64,000 nt of DNA from Dimorphilus gyrociliatus (lineage: Eukaryota > Animalia > Annelida), in the NCBI GenBank assembly GCA_904063045.1, contig CAJFCJ010000019.1, forward strand, positions 2,371,700-2,435,699, given 5' to 3'. Below are positions 40,841 through 52,258 of the stretch, in pieces. The notes under the pieces are model-generated. The model did not search any database and was not told where the DNA came from. It worked only from the letters and a program-made list of their open reading frames with translations. Position 1 is the first letter of the stretch; each line of letters begins with the position of its first letter. A program made the position numbers and the translations under genes.

Positions 40841-43800
40841 TTATTTATTCTTTATCATTTTATCAATATAATTTCGAAGTTCGCTAACTTCCTCTTGTAA
40901 AATAGCTTTTTCTGTCATTAATTGCGCTCTTTCGTCTTCTAGTTCCCTTTGAGTGTTTATAGTAAACTCTTTCACCTCTCTACGAAGTTTGTCCATTTCC
41001 AATTTTCTATAATAAATAATAAAATGTGAAAATAATGATTCAAATAAGAAAAAAGAGTTCTAAATATACAAACTTTTCATTTTTATTCAAGTCTGTATTG
41101 ATCTAAAGTAGACAAAATATGATTGTTAAATAATTAATTATAGATAAGTAGGAAATTTGAATACTCACGTTATACTTTGAATTTTCTATAGTATTTTCCA
41201 AGTCATCAATTTGATTCTTTAGTCTGAAAATTTCCTCTTGCTGAGATGATAATAAATCTTTCTCGTCTAATTGGAAGACTTGTTCTTTCGATCCAATATC
41301 AAAGTCTTCGTGTTTTTCCAAAATGGATACTTGCAATTGCCTGTAAGCAACTAATAACTGCTCGTATTTTTTAACTAATCCTTTTTTAATATTCTTCTCT
41401 TTGACAACAGCTTCGCATAGTTGTTCTTCTCTGGTTTTGTACGATTTTTTCAACTCTTGCAGCATTTCATCAACTTTTTTTCTTAAATTATTTATTTTAT
41501 CGGAAGAGAATTCGTAATTTCTCTGATTGTCAGCGATTATAGCAATATCGTTGATATATTTCGTTAAAGTTGACCTAAATTCCGAAGTCTTGTCTTTTAC
41601 TTTATGTTGTAACCTATTATATTCTTTTTCAATCTCGTCTTTTTCACTTTTTACATATATAAGTTCACTTTCCAGTTTGGCTAGTCGAAGCTGTTTGTCA
41701 TGGTCGGATTGTCTATATCTTTTTAAATCAGTCTGTAATTGCGCTCTGTTAAAATATAAATTATTAATTATCATTAAAAGTTTGTTAATATTGCTATGTT
41801 CTTCTATATTACATTCTTAATTCTAAGGAGTCTCCAGATTTTTCAAAATCTGTCTTTAATTTATCCATTTTCTCCCTAAATTCATTTTCGCGGAGAAAGT
41901 ACTGAAATCAAAATTGCAATATTATAAAAAGAACCCCTTGATCAATAATTGTCAATTATTTTTACATTATCTTCTAATTCTTGTCTAATTCTTCTATTAG
42001 GGATTTTTGCTTCATCATCAGTAACTAGATGGCGCCATCGTTCACCTTCCTCCTCATCAACTCGTTGTCCAAGTTGTTGTTGTAGATTTGCCTTCTCCTT
42101 GACTAGTCTGAGCAACTCTACGCTTAAATCTATCACTTTTCTTTTCTAATTAAGATAATTGTTCTATTAAAAATGACAAATAGGCATTAATAGGGAACTT
42201 CACCTCATTTTCAGCGGTCATTCTCATTTCGGCATAGGAAGCTCGAAGATCAGTATACTCATCTGAAAGATCTTTGTAGACTTTTTGAAGTTCTAGCAAT
42301 CTTTCTTCGGCATATTTGGCTTTTTGCTCCTCTTTTTGTTTATCAGATAGCACCCCATTCAACTTCTCTTCCATGTTCAAAATTTTATTCTTCAAATGAT
42401 ATTGAACTTCTTCGTATTCTTCCCTTAATTGATGATTTTTTAATTTTAAATCGACTAACGTCTGTGAAATTTGTAGACGGTCTTTCTGAGTCAATAGAAG
42501 TTGTTCTGAAACGTCTGCTTTACTGTTAGCTAGTGTTCCAACGTGGGTTTTTAAAGAGGTATGCTGATGTTGGAGTTTTTCCACGTGATCCCTTAGCTCT
42601 ATCTTTTAGCAAAAAACAATAATTATTAAGGGCCCTCTTTTACACATATACAGTATATATGATATATTAATATTATACATTTTCTGATTGTAGAGCCAAT
42701 AATTCGCTTTGTATATCTTTAGAAAATGGTGCATTTGCGCCAAATCCTGCAATATTCTGAAGATAAATCAATCTAGCCCTGTATTGGGTGATTAATTGCT
42801 AAAGGGGAAAACGAGAAGAAAGATTTAGAATACATTATTATTTATAAAGAGAAAAGCAAGTCATACCAGAGCTAAATTATCATTAACTAATGGAAAATTT
42901 TTAACTTGACTAAATTGGGCGCACATTCTTAAAATTGGATCAACGACAGAACTTTCCTTTTTCGGTTTTAAGCAAACAAGAACTGTTGTTTTACTGTTTC
43001 CTCCAATTTCTTCTTTAAGCATGGTAGTAAGTTTTGAATGACTATAGAATGTAATATAATAGTATATAGCGAGATACCCTGAGGAGATATATTAATATAT
43101 CCCGTACTTACTTATAAGGAATTACTCTATCAGCATGTGGTTGATTAGCAAGACTTGCTACCAGTTGTGATAGAGTGATTATGGATTTTGATAAGTTTTC
43201 GCCTTCTCTTTTAATTAGAACTGTGTCGTCTCGTAGTCTTTCTGCTCCTTGAGTTACACAAATGGTAAATCTACTACTATGACTTTGATTCTGATCTCTT
43301 AGTTTAACGTTAAGATCAAGATATATAACTATATTAGAAAATTGTTCAGATGACCCATAGTCAGTTTCCATTGCCGATCTTTTATTAAGACCCCGCCTAA
43401 ATAAGCCACATCCTTCAAGAACATTTGGCACAGTTCCCACTGTTCCATTTTGTACGAATGTGCCCTTTTCAGCTGATTCTTCAAATTGGCAGAATTCAAC
43501 TTTGGGTGTTACAGCCAACAGATCTCTGACATTTTCATTAAAAATTTCATACATTTGCATTTTTAATCTTCCTGGTGGATGACGTCTTTCATCCCCGTAA
43601 TATTCTTCATCTATTAACAGGATGTCAATTTGTAAGCTTTCGATTTACTGTATATAAATGACTATTTATAAGGGCGATTTACCTTCTCCAATCTTACTGA
43701 ATATATGATACAATATCTGAGAGAAAATGCCAGACGAACTACTATTATTTCCAACAACAGTAAATGCTTTCCCAGAATTGGATTCACCAGTAACAATTAA

Positions 43801-44078
43801 ACAGCAGTTGAATCCGCTTGCCCACAAGTCGACCAGGGGACGAGTAGTAAGGGAGAAAATGTCAGAGTTCGTCGTAGAAGTGGGAAATATTTCATTTATA
43901 CTACAATGAATAAAGTATTGTACTGAAGATCAAATAATAGATTTTATATCAACCTATGATATGGCGCACCAGGTCGATTGACTAATTGCTCAATGCTGCT
44001 TTGGAAGCTCTCGGATATATGAACAGCTCTTTCCCCATGTACTGATGGTCTTACCCTACCATAAACTTCAATATTCAT
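40841..44078 (-). CDS. CCDC78: Kinesin motor-like domain (degenerate) fused in frame to a CCDC78/DUF4472-like coiled coil
   Basis: Exons 44078-43954 (NIEVYGRVRP), 43900-43683 (GESNSGKAFT), 43610-43112 (YEIFNENVRDLL), 43041-42866 (SKLTTMLKEEIGGNSKT), 42798-42679, 42602-42204 (RLQISQTLVDLKL), then further exons to the stop at 40841 (FTINTQRELEDERAQL). Splice phases are compatible across the motor/coil junction. Confidence 0.75.
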
Positions 44079-44921
44079 ATTTGAAATGATTCAATAATTA
44101 AACATTAATATTTCTTTAACCAGCTGTTTTCGATGAGCGATATAATGTTAGTACCTATAAACAATGTTGCCAAGGAAGACTAATTTCAATATTTAGCTGA
44201 TCTATTTATGGCGGGAAATTGTGCTAAACTAGCGACATCTAACCAGAAAATCATGTACCGTAGTGCTTATTCTATTTTTGACCCACACAGCAAATCGTAG
44301 CTGCAGCCATACTTATTTTCGGAAACGGAAGTTGCTCAAATTTGTGAAACCAGAATATTCAGTATTTCAACATTTCATAAACCAATTCAATAATTGATCA
44401 TATAAATAAGACTCATTTTTTGGATTTCTCACTAAGTAATTAAGTTCGTGACATCAACAATAACAAAAACTTCTATATAGTATAACCTGAATTTGTAAAA
44501 AAAAAAATAAGGTTTGTATGTGGCAGCTTTATTTTATGTTTTTTTCAGAAAATGTATATTCCTTAATAGAAATATTTGGTGTAATATGTTTTTTATAAAT
44601 CTGTTTGTCTATTTCTCTAAATCAAGGTAAAATATATGACAACATTAGGCATTGTGGGAGTCTTAAATGTCCTTGAATATATTAATATTTTATTAAAACT
44701 ACCCACATAAATGGTTTCAGGGCTATACTTCAGTAATTGTAATTTATATCATTAGTATGATGCTTATATTAATAATAAATATTTTTATTCAATTATGCTT
44801 GTACAAAACGAACTAGTAACCGGACACTGTAAATGTTTTAGAGTATTTTCTGTACTTTTTATATAAAATGTTAGCAAACAAAATAAATAAAACTGGAAAC
44901 ATTATTTTCCATAGATAGACA

Positions 44922-45685
44922 ATGCCTAAGAAATTCAAAGGAGAAAATACAAAAGCCGTGGTAGCGAGACAAAGGAAAGCCGATGCAAGACACGAAAGAG
45001 AGGAAAGAATTGCTAAACAGAAAGAAGATGAATACTGGAAAGACGATGATAAGCATATTGCTCGTAAACAACAGCGCAAAGTAATGCTTGATCTAATTTA
45101 AAATATCCAAATTAATACCGAAGTAACCTCGTTTCCAGGAAGAAAAGGAGAAGAAACGACAAGAACAATTAGAGCGCAAGTTAGAAAATCAAAAAGCTTT
45201 AGAAGATGAACTGAAGGCTTTACCGTCTAAGAAGAGTACAAAACCTGCTAAAGTGACCAGACATGAAATACAAGAAAGAAAAGAGACCGTCGATCATGGT
45301 ACTCTATCGTCATCGGCTAGAACTAGCATCTCTGAGGAACAGCCATTGGAAGAAAATTTGAATCATATGACGTTGGACGGAGAAGAGGCCAGAAACGTTG
45401 ATGAGGCCTTATCAATTCTAGGGTTTTATATTTTTCGACATAGGATTTATAATAATACTAATGCCCGTAAACATATGCAGGAAACAAGATCACTCTGACC
45501 GCCACCCGGAGCGACGTCTCAAAGCTACTTTTGCAGCATTCGAAGCTAAACATCTACCAAGACTTAAGGCAGAAAATCCACATTTACGACTTTCCCAACT
45601 AAAACAGATGCTGACAAAGGATTGGATGAAATCAGAAGAAAATCCTATGAACATGCATCCAACTACATACAACTATAAGCCTTGA
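44922..45685 (+). CDS. CCDC124: Coiled-coil domain-containing 124 (Lso2-like ribosome hibernation factor)
   Basis: MPKKFKGENTKAVVARQRKA...DRHPERRLKATFAAFE..LPRLKAENPHLRLSQLKQML. Confidence 0.93.
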
Positions 45686-45886
45686 CTTCTTATATGAAAT
45701 CATGCTTTTATTTATAGATAAATCAACAAATATAAAACAAAAAGACGGACATTTTTAAGGATAAAGCAAAATAGTGTGCTATTTTGCAAAATAAATAAAT
45801 TAGGAATCTTAACAAAATATGAAAATCAACCCGAATAGAGAAGTTTTTTTGCATACTACTATGTTTTTAATAAAAAACTACAGGTA

Positions 45887-46885
45887 TTAAATCATTTTGT
45901 GCCCTTTTATTTGAAAACATGAACAGCTGATTGGACTTAATTCTTGTTTAATCGACAACTGTTTCATTATTACTTCTATTGCCCTTTGATGTTGGGCATA
46001 CAACTCGTCTCTAGGACCAGTAACACTTAACGATTGAACCAACGAACTATACGGCAGGGGAGTATTGGTCATTTGGACGGCTTCTTTGGGTTGATGTTTA
46101 CTTTGACCTGCTTTAAGTGTTTTACGTTTTCTAGGGAATCTATAAGGAGCGAACCGACCAACCTTGAAAGCATCAATACACACTGGATGTATTGTCCACC
46201 AATGTCCCTTTTTTTTCCCAGCTAAATTGGTTTTTACAAAACACCGATTTAGCGATAGATTATAGCGAACAGAATTTTTCCATCCTCTCGCATCTCTGCT
46301 ATACATAGTATACTTCTCTGCTATGTAATTGTAAATCTGTTGTAGAAACATCCTATTATCCTCTTTTGACAGTATTGCTTCCGCAATCAGCTTGACATAC
46401 CTAACGCTCGGGTTTTTAGGCGTTCTCATGTCATTAGATGAACTTAGAGGTATATTCATGGTTCTTGGAATAAAATAATCAGTCAAACGTGAACCAACGT
46501 CCAAAGAACATGATATATCTGGCCGAACACAATATTCATTTGGCGATTTGTTTGATATGAAGGGTGTTTCAACTTCCGAACAGGGAGAATCAGCTAAAAA
46601 ACTAGGTAGATCCCAATCAAAACAGTCCGATTCTACCAAATTATTATTGAAGTCATTCTTAAAATTCATTAGAGGCGATCCCAAATCAGAGAAAGTGAAA
46701 TCATTCGATAAATCATTTTGCTCATAAATAGGAGTTTTCAAGTTATTTAAGTTATCCAATTCATCTAGAAGTTGTGCAATATCATCATAGTTTTGAGATA
46801 AAGCTGGTGATGCTCCAGTTACATTATGAGAAAGGCTGTCAGACATGGAAGCTGAATCCCAATTAAGGTAATCCGGAAATGTCAT
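45887..46885 (-). CDS. Forkhead transcription factor, divergent foxQ2-like, single exon
   Basis: Forkhead domain YVKLIAEAILS..QIYNYIAEKY..WKNSVRYNLSLNRCFVK..KGHWWTIHP; the W.IHP.C..F..G.F tail is FoxQ2-like. Confidence 0.75.
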   Translation of the reverse strand: MTFPDYLNWDSASMSDSLSHNVTGASPALSQNYDDIAQLLDELDNLNNLKTPIYEQNDLSNDFTFSDLGSPLMNFKNDFNNNLVESDCFDWDLPSFLADSPCSEVETPFISNKSPNEYCVRPDISCSLDVGSRLTDYFIPRTMNIPLSSSNDMRTPKNPSVRYVKLIAEAILSKEDNRMFLQQIYNYIAEKYTMYSRDARGWKNSVRYNLSLNRCFVKTNLAGKKKGHWWTIHPVCIDAFKVGRFAPYRFPRKRKTLKAGQSKHQPKEAVQMTNTPLPYSSLVQSLSVTGPRDELYAQHQRAIEVIMKQLSIKQELSPISCSCFQIKGHKMI

Positions 46886-47587
46886 AGTCGTTTGAATTTT
46901 TTTTGAACTTTTTACCTGTAATTTTCTTACTTTAATGAAGTAACTTAAGTTGATCTATATATTGTTTAAATGCCATTTTCAAGTTTTTTATATTGTCTAT
47001 AGAATATATGCGCAATATTTCCTGTTTACATTGTTATAAAGCAACGAACGAACTTTGACTTACCTAATAAAAAGCCGCTAGCCTCTGGAGCACCAACTAA
47101 TTTCAAGCACGTGGCTGTAGACATATTTGACATTACTCAATTCTAGCAAAAAATAATTAAATAGGTCTTTTGAGTCAGTCACATTGTACAGTCAACTACT
47201 TTTTACTAACAAAAATATTTCATTATTTATAAACGGATATTTCGATGAGAAAAATGGTTGTTTATTTAATCTTGTCCTTAATCTATGCCATAAAGTCTCC
47301 TCATAACATCGAAAACATCAAAAACACTAAAACAACAAACAACAACAAAAAGATTTCAATTTTCCAATTTCTTTATCAATTCATTCCACATTGTATCATT
47401 ATAAGATAGAATAAATTCAGACATATCTGGAATATATGAAAGTATACAATATCAATTAGCTTTGGGTATTATATGAAATGCTGTAGATTATAGTGAAATA
47501 TCTCTTGTGATAGATATACAATCACAATTATAACAGAGAAGTAAATTTATAATTACTTTTTATTTAAAATACATTTTAAAGCTTAAG

Positions 47588-50183
47588 CTATTCATCTATG
47601 GGCTTACGCTTTCCAATTTTCTCAGGAAAAAGATAAGCATCAACTGTCACAGCTTGGGAATAAAGTTTGTGTATATTCTCTTTCTTGTACAATCCAGCTA
47701 TTCCATAATAGGACATGATTAAGCTGTTTTTTTATTATAAAAATAAAAATAAATAACGAGCGTAAGTGAAAACAATATCATATATACCCTCGAGCTATTT
47801 GCTTTAACTTCTTCGTAATGAAATTAATGGCATTTCCATACCAACTTTTACTTTTTAAACTTTTGACAAGACGTTTCGTTTTATGCCCTAAAAAATCATT
47901 TAGGTTATTTTCAAGTTGAACGTCTTCCCGATTTCTCGCTGAAGTATATTAAAAACTTGCTAGATTTGAATAAGATGTACATAATTTTTTCATACCGATT
48001 GGGATGCTATAGTTTTTCTTTGACCATTCATTTAATTTTTGTCTTTTTTTTGATTCCGAAACGTTGGTATATATGTACATGTAACAAGACGGTTTGTCAG
48101 ATATTGTTGTTACATTATGATATGTAGCACTAGGTAAAATTATAGTTTCATTTGTATGTAATATTCTTGTATATCCCTCATATTCAAATCGAACTGTTCC
48201 ATTTAAAACTTTTAGCGTCGTGTTCTCAAAATCCGGTTGAATATAGTTTTCTAGAGTCAATCCAGGAAAATCAGCTATGAAAGTAACATCCATAAATTCT
48301 GAAAAATAATACGACTGTCTAATTTTCTCTAATTCGTCTCTCCAATTTGATAATTCTATTAGTAGCGGCTGGACCCACTTTGTAGCTTTAAATGGATGCC
48401 AATTAGCTTTTACAATGTCAATACGAGGATCGAACTGTCGTTGGTGAAATCTCCCGTTCATTGATTTCCAAATATCGAAATATATTTTGACATTATGTAA
48501 ATCATGCTTTTTTAGTCGCTCAGATATGCAAACTGCATATTGCTTAGCCATATCTGCATGCGATGTCCATCGTTTAGAGTTAGTAAAAGCCTGAAAAATT
48601 AAAACAACTCTATGTGTACTTCAAAATGAAATTTAATAATGATATACAGAAGGGTCAAGATATCCAATCTCTCCAGTTGCAGGATCTTCGAAGGTAATTC
48701 GACTATGTTGGGTATGCCAAGAGTGAACCATCATATCCCAGCTGTAGCCATACAAACCATTGGTCCAATTATTATAACCCTTTTGGTTTAATTATAAAGG
48801 AAAATATAATAATTGAGAGAGGTTTATAATATCAAATACCTTCGTAATTGAATGAGAAAAAGGCAAGAATAATTGAATACCTATATAAAGTATAGTGAAA
48901 ATACAGCCTCCGTTTTGCCTAAATCTAGTCTTCACTGAAATGTCAGTCTTTTCCTCTCCATATGAGCAATGAGTCGATTTTTCAGAATCAGCTATAGTCA
49001 TAAAGAATTTTTGGAACTTGCATGGAAGTCCTTTAACAAAGTTTTTAGGAGAATCAGATCTACAAAATACGAAGAGCGTAGCCAGGCAGACATAGGGAAA
49101 CATACCTAGATTTTAAATATTATTATATATGACAGAAGTACAATGATGTAAATCAATAAATCAAACCTATGTGAAACATTTGAGAATTCATTACATGGAA
49201 ACTGGCTCCAAAGATAAAGCCAAAGATTCTTGTTTGGTCAAAGAAAATGAAAAAGCCTAATGATAGGTCTAAGAGAAATCCAAATCGATGAACTATCCAT
49301 AAATCAATTTGTTTTTCATTCAAGAATAATTTAAACGGTTCAAATATGAAATGTTCTGATAAACTCCTCATGGAATATCCTTGAATCCAGTCAGATTCAA
49401 ATTTTTTCAATCCAGCGAAAAAATATAGTATGAAAATTTGTGTTCTAACTAAAGTATAATTCCACAATGGTATATGTTTATTTCTTATTGAAGAGTCAAA
49501 GAATGAATCTATAGAGCTAAAAGTACAACTTTGCATATTTATTAGATATCAAAGTAAGATATATACCAGTATCTGTTGGCATCACTTATCAACAGGATAA
49601 TTGAGAAAAGTCCAAAGAGATATGAATGATTATTCCAAGATGTTTTGTCTAGCAGGAAAACATACCAATAACCTAGAGAAAATACCAGGCAACACGTCCT
49701 GAAGAAAAATCCAAAAATGATTCCAAGTGTACCTTTGAACAAGAACAATGTATTAAATATCAAATTTTCAGTAATTTTCGCTTACCTATGAGCATTACGG
49801 CGTATAGCACATACATCCATCTCAGAGGTAAAGGTTTAAGAAAATTTATCAACGGAAACCGACACTCTTCCTCATTCACCCAAATGACATCTGCCTGAGA
49901 AAGACCTCGTTCTTGGAAAAGGTCTAATAGCATCAAAATTCCTTTAGGACAAATACAAAAGAAATGAAAAGAATATATAATCAATGCTTTCTCAAAACAA
50001 CATACCATATGCTATACGAACATAGGCTATCAAAGAAGGATCCATAGGCCTATGAAGAAGACTCCTAAAGCGGCTCCAACTTGAAAAGTCAGATATTCTA
50101 AAGCCAAACAAGTCTTTGAAACATAGTGGACCATCAACCATACTTCTATTTGCCTGTTTTTTATCTTCCATGAGAGAATTCAT
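47588..50183 (-). CDS. GGCX: Vitamin K-dependent gamma-glutamyl carboxylase
   Basis: [56 protein letters not shown]. About 10 exons. An upstream acceptor near 50237 means the N-terminus may be longer. Confidence 0.93.
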
Positions 50184-51089
50184 AACTACTGGTGACGTTT
50201 TCGTTCGCCTGCGCAATATTATATTTGACGATGAAGCCTGTAAGAAAATTAATTAAAAGACGTGATTCGCATACGAACTAGAACATTTATAAATGAGATC
50301 CCAGTCTCGTTATTGTATATTATTTAGCTATAAACAACAACAACAAACGTAACGACTAATGTTTATCTTGTCAATAAATAGGATATTTCGGTGTCCAGAC
50401 GTCTTTATTTTATTTTTGCTCTTAAACTTTAAACATATAATCGCTTGCTATATAAACACTTGATAACACTCCCTACATTTTATAGTAATTTTTAATTGTA
50501 TAAATGGTTACTCTTGATATGTTCATGAACTGCCCTTTGGAATATAGGCCTAGTCTGCATTGAAGAATAAATTTTCCAAAACTTACCAGATTTTTCTATT
50601 TACTAAATAAAAATATGTTTGCTTTCCGAAGTGAAAGACTACAATTTATATCTTATTTTCTTCATTTAGCTTTTTATGTAATATTCATTTAATAATAAAT
50701 CAAATTAAATGTCTATAAGATATATTTTTTCATAAGATACAACGTTAGAACGAAAAAAAGATGCCGGTTGAATTAGATTCGAATTTGTAATTGATTATTT
50801 ACAGTGTCCTTGAAGAGCGCGTTTAATTTTAATTATAAAGATTACAAAGTAAGTTTGTAGTTTAAAAACTATGTTGGTGCGTCGGTGTCCAACTGCTTTT
50901 AAAGTTATGAATAATAATTCAAATGAATAAATATGAGGAAATTTTTTTCGTTATGATTAATCAGGAGAAGAAAGAAATTAAAAAAAAATTCTTGATCATT
51001 CTCGCGAGGTATTTGATGACGTATATAAAGTTTAGCAGACGTTTTTCTCATTGTACAGTTTACCTCCTTCTTGTTCAAAGTTCGTAAAT

Positions 51090-52076
51090 ATGGCCGCGAC
51101 CAGATGGGGAATTATTAGTGCAGGCAGAATTTCATCAGACTTTGCCACTTGCTTGACACATCTACCAGATAATGAACATATCGTAACAGCAGTAGCTGCC
51201 CGAAACCTTGACGATGCCAACGCATTTGCGAAAAGATTCAACATTCCAAAGACGTATGGAAGCTATGATGAGATAGCCGATGACAATAATATAGATGTAT
51301 ATTACATTGGAACAATACATCCAACTCATCATCCAATAGCATTGAATTTGATTAATAAGGGTAAAAATGTTTTATGCGAAAAACCCCTATGCATGAATGT
51401 GAAAGAAACAAAAGAATTGGTTGAAGCTGCAAGAAAAAACAAAGTCTTTCTAATGGAAGGTTTCTGGAGTAGATTTTTTCCGGTTTATGAAGAATTAAGA
51501 AGTGAACTGAAAGCAGGAAGCATAGGAACACCCGTTGTTTTAACTTGCACAGCTGGAATTAATGCTCCAAATGTGCCTCGTTTAAGAGAACGTGCTTTGG
51601 GTGGTAGTTCGCTTTTAGATTTAGGTTGTTACTTAATTCAATTGGCTTTGTTGGTTTTCGGGGAAAAGCCTATTAAAATTACAGCTTCTGGTCATCTTTT
51701 TGAGTCCGGTGTAGATTCTCTTGCAAGTTACACGTTATTATTCAAAAATGGTGGAGCTGCAAATCTTTTGTCCACTTGTACCGTAGAAATGAAAAACGTC
51801 GGAAGAATCTTTGGTACAAAAGGCTCTATTGAATTTCCTAAATTCCATGCCCCAACTGAAATAGAAACACCAAGTGGAAAAAAATCTTTTGATCTCCCGA
51901 ATATTAGTAAACCTATGAATTTTCCCAATTCCACAGGGTTTTGTTATGAGGCTCAAGCAGTAAGAGAAGCCCTTCTCCAAGGAAAAACTGAACATGAACT
52001 TATGCCTTTAAATGACACAATTTCTATTGCCGAAATAATGGAGGAAATTCTTGCACAAATAGGCGTTACGTACTAG
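51090..52076 (+). CDS. DHDH: Trans-1,2-dihydrobenzene-1,2-diol dehydrogenase / D-xylose dehydrogenase (Gfo/Idh/MocA), single exon
   Basis: RWGIISAGRIS Rossmann motif, VLCEKP, FLMEGFWSRFFP, GGSSLLDLGCY. Confidence 0.9.
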   Translation: MAATRWGIISAGRISSDFATCLTHLPDNEHIVTAVAARNLDDANAFAKRFNIPKTYGSYDEIADDNNIDVYYIGTIHPTHHPIALNLINKGKNVLCEKPLCMNVKETKELVEAARKNKVFLMEGFWSRFFPVYEELRSELKAGSIGTPVVLTCTAGINAPNVPRLRERALGGSSLLDLGCYLIQLALLVFGEKPIKITASGHLFESGVDSLASYTLLFKNGGAANLLSTCTVEMKNVGRIFGTKGSIEFPKFHAPTEIETPSGKKSFDLPNISKPMNFPNSTGFCYEAQAVREALLQGKTEHELMPLNDTISIAEIMEEILAQIGVTY

Positions 52077-52210
52077 TAGCAATTACTTGCGAAATAAAGG
52101 TTTTTTGAAACAATAAAGCTTTTTTGAATAAGATTCTTGTTGATCTATATTGACTATCTATAATCTTAAATAATTCACAATAGAATGTATCTGTAAATTT
52201 AAGTAAAGTT

Positions 52211-52243
52211 TTTCGCGCCGAAGACCAAGCGTTGCCGGGCAAC
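52211..52243 (+). promoter_or_regulatory. E2F-type site (TTTCGCGCC) plus RFX X-box (GTTGCCGGGCAAC) just upstream of TEX47
   Basis: Near-perfect palindromic X-box at 52231-52243, 15 bp before the ATG of a cilia/flagella-associated gene. Confidence 0.6.
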
Positions 52244-52258
52244 AATGCAAACTAAAAC

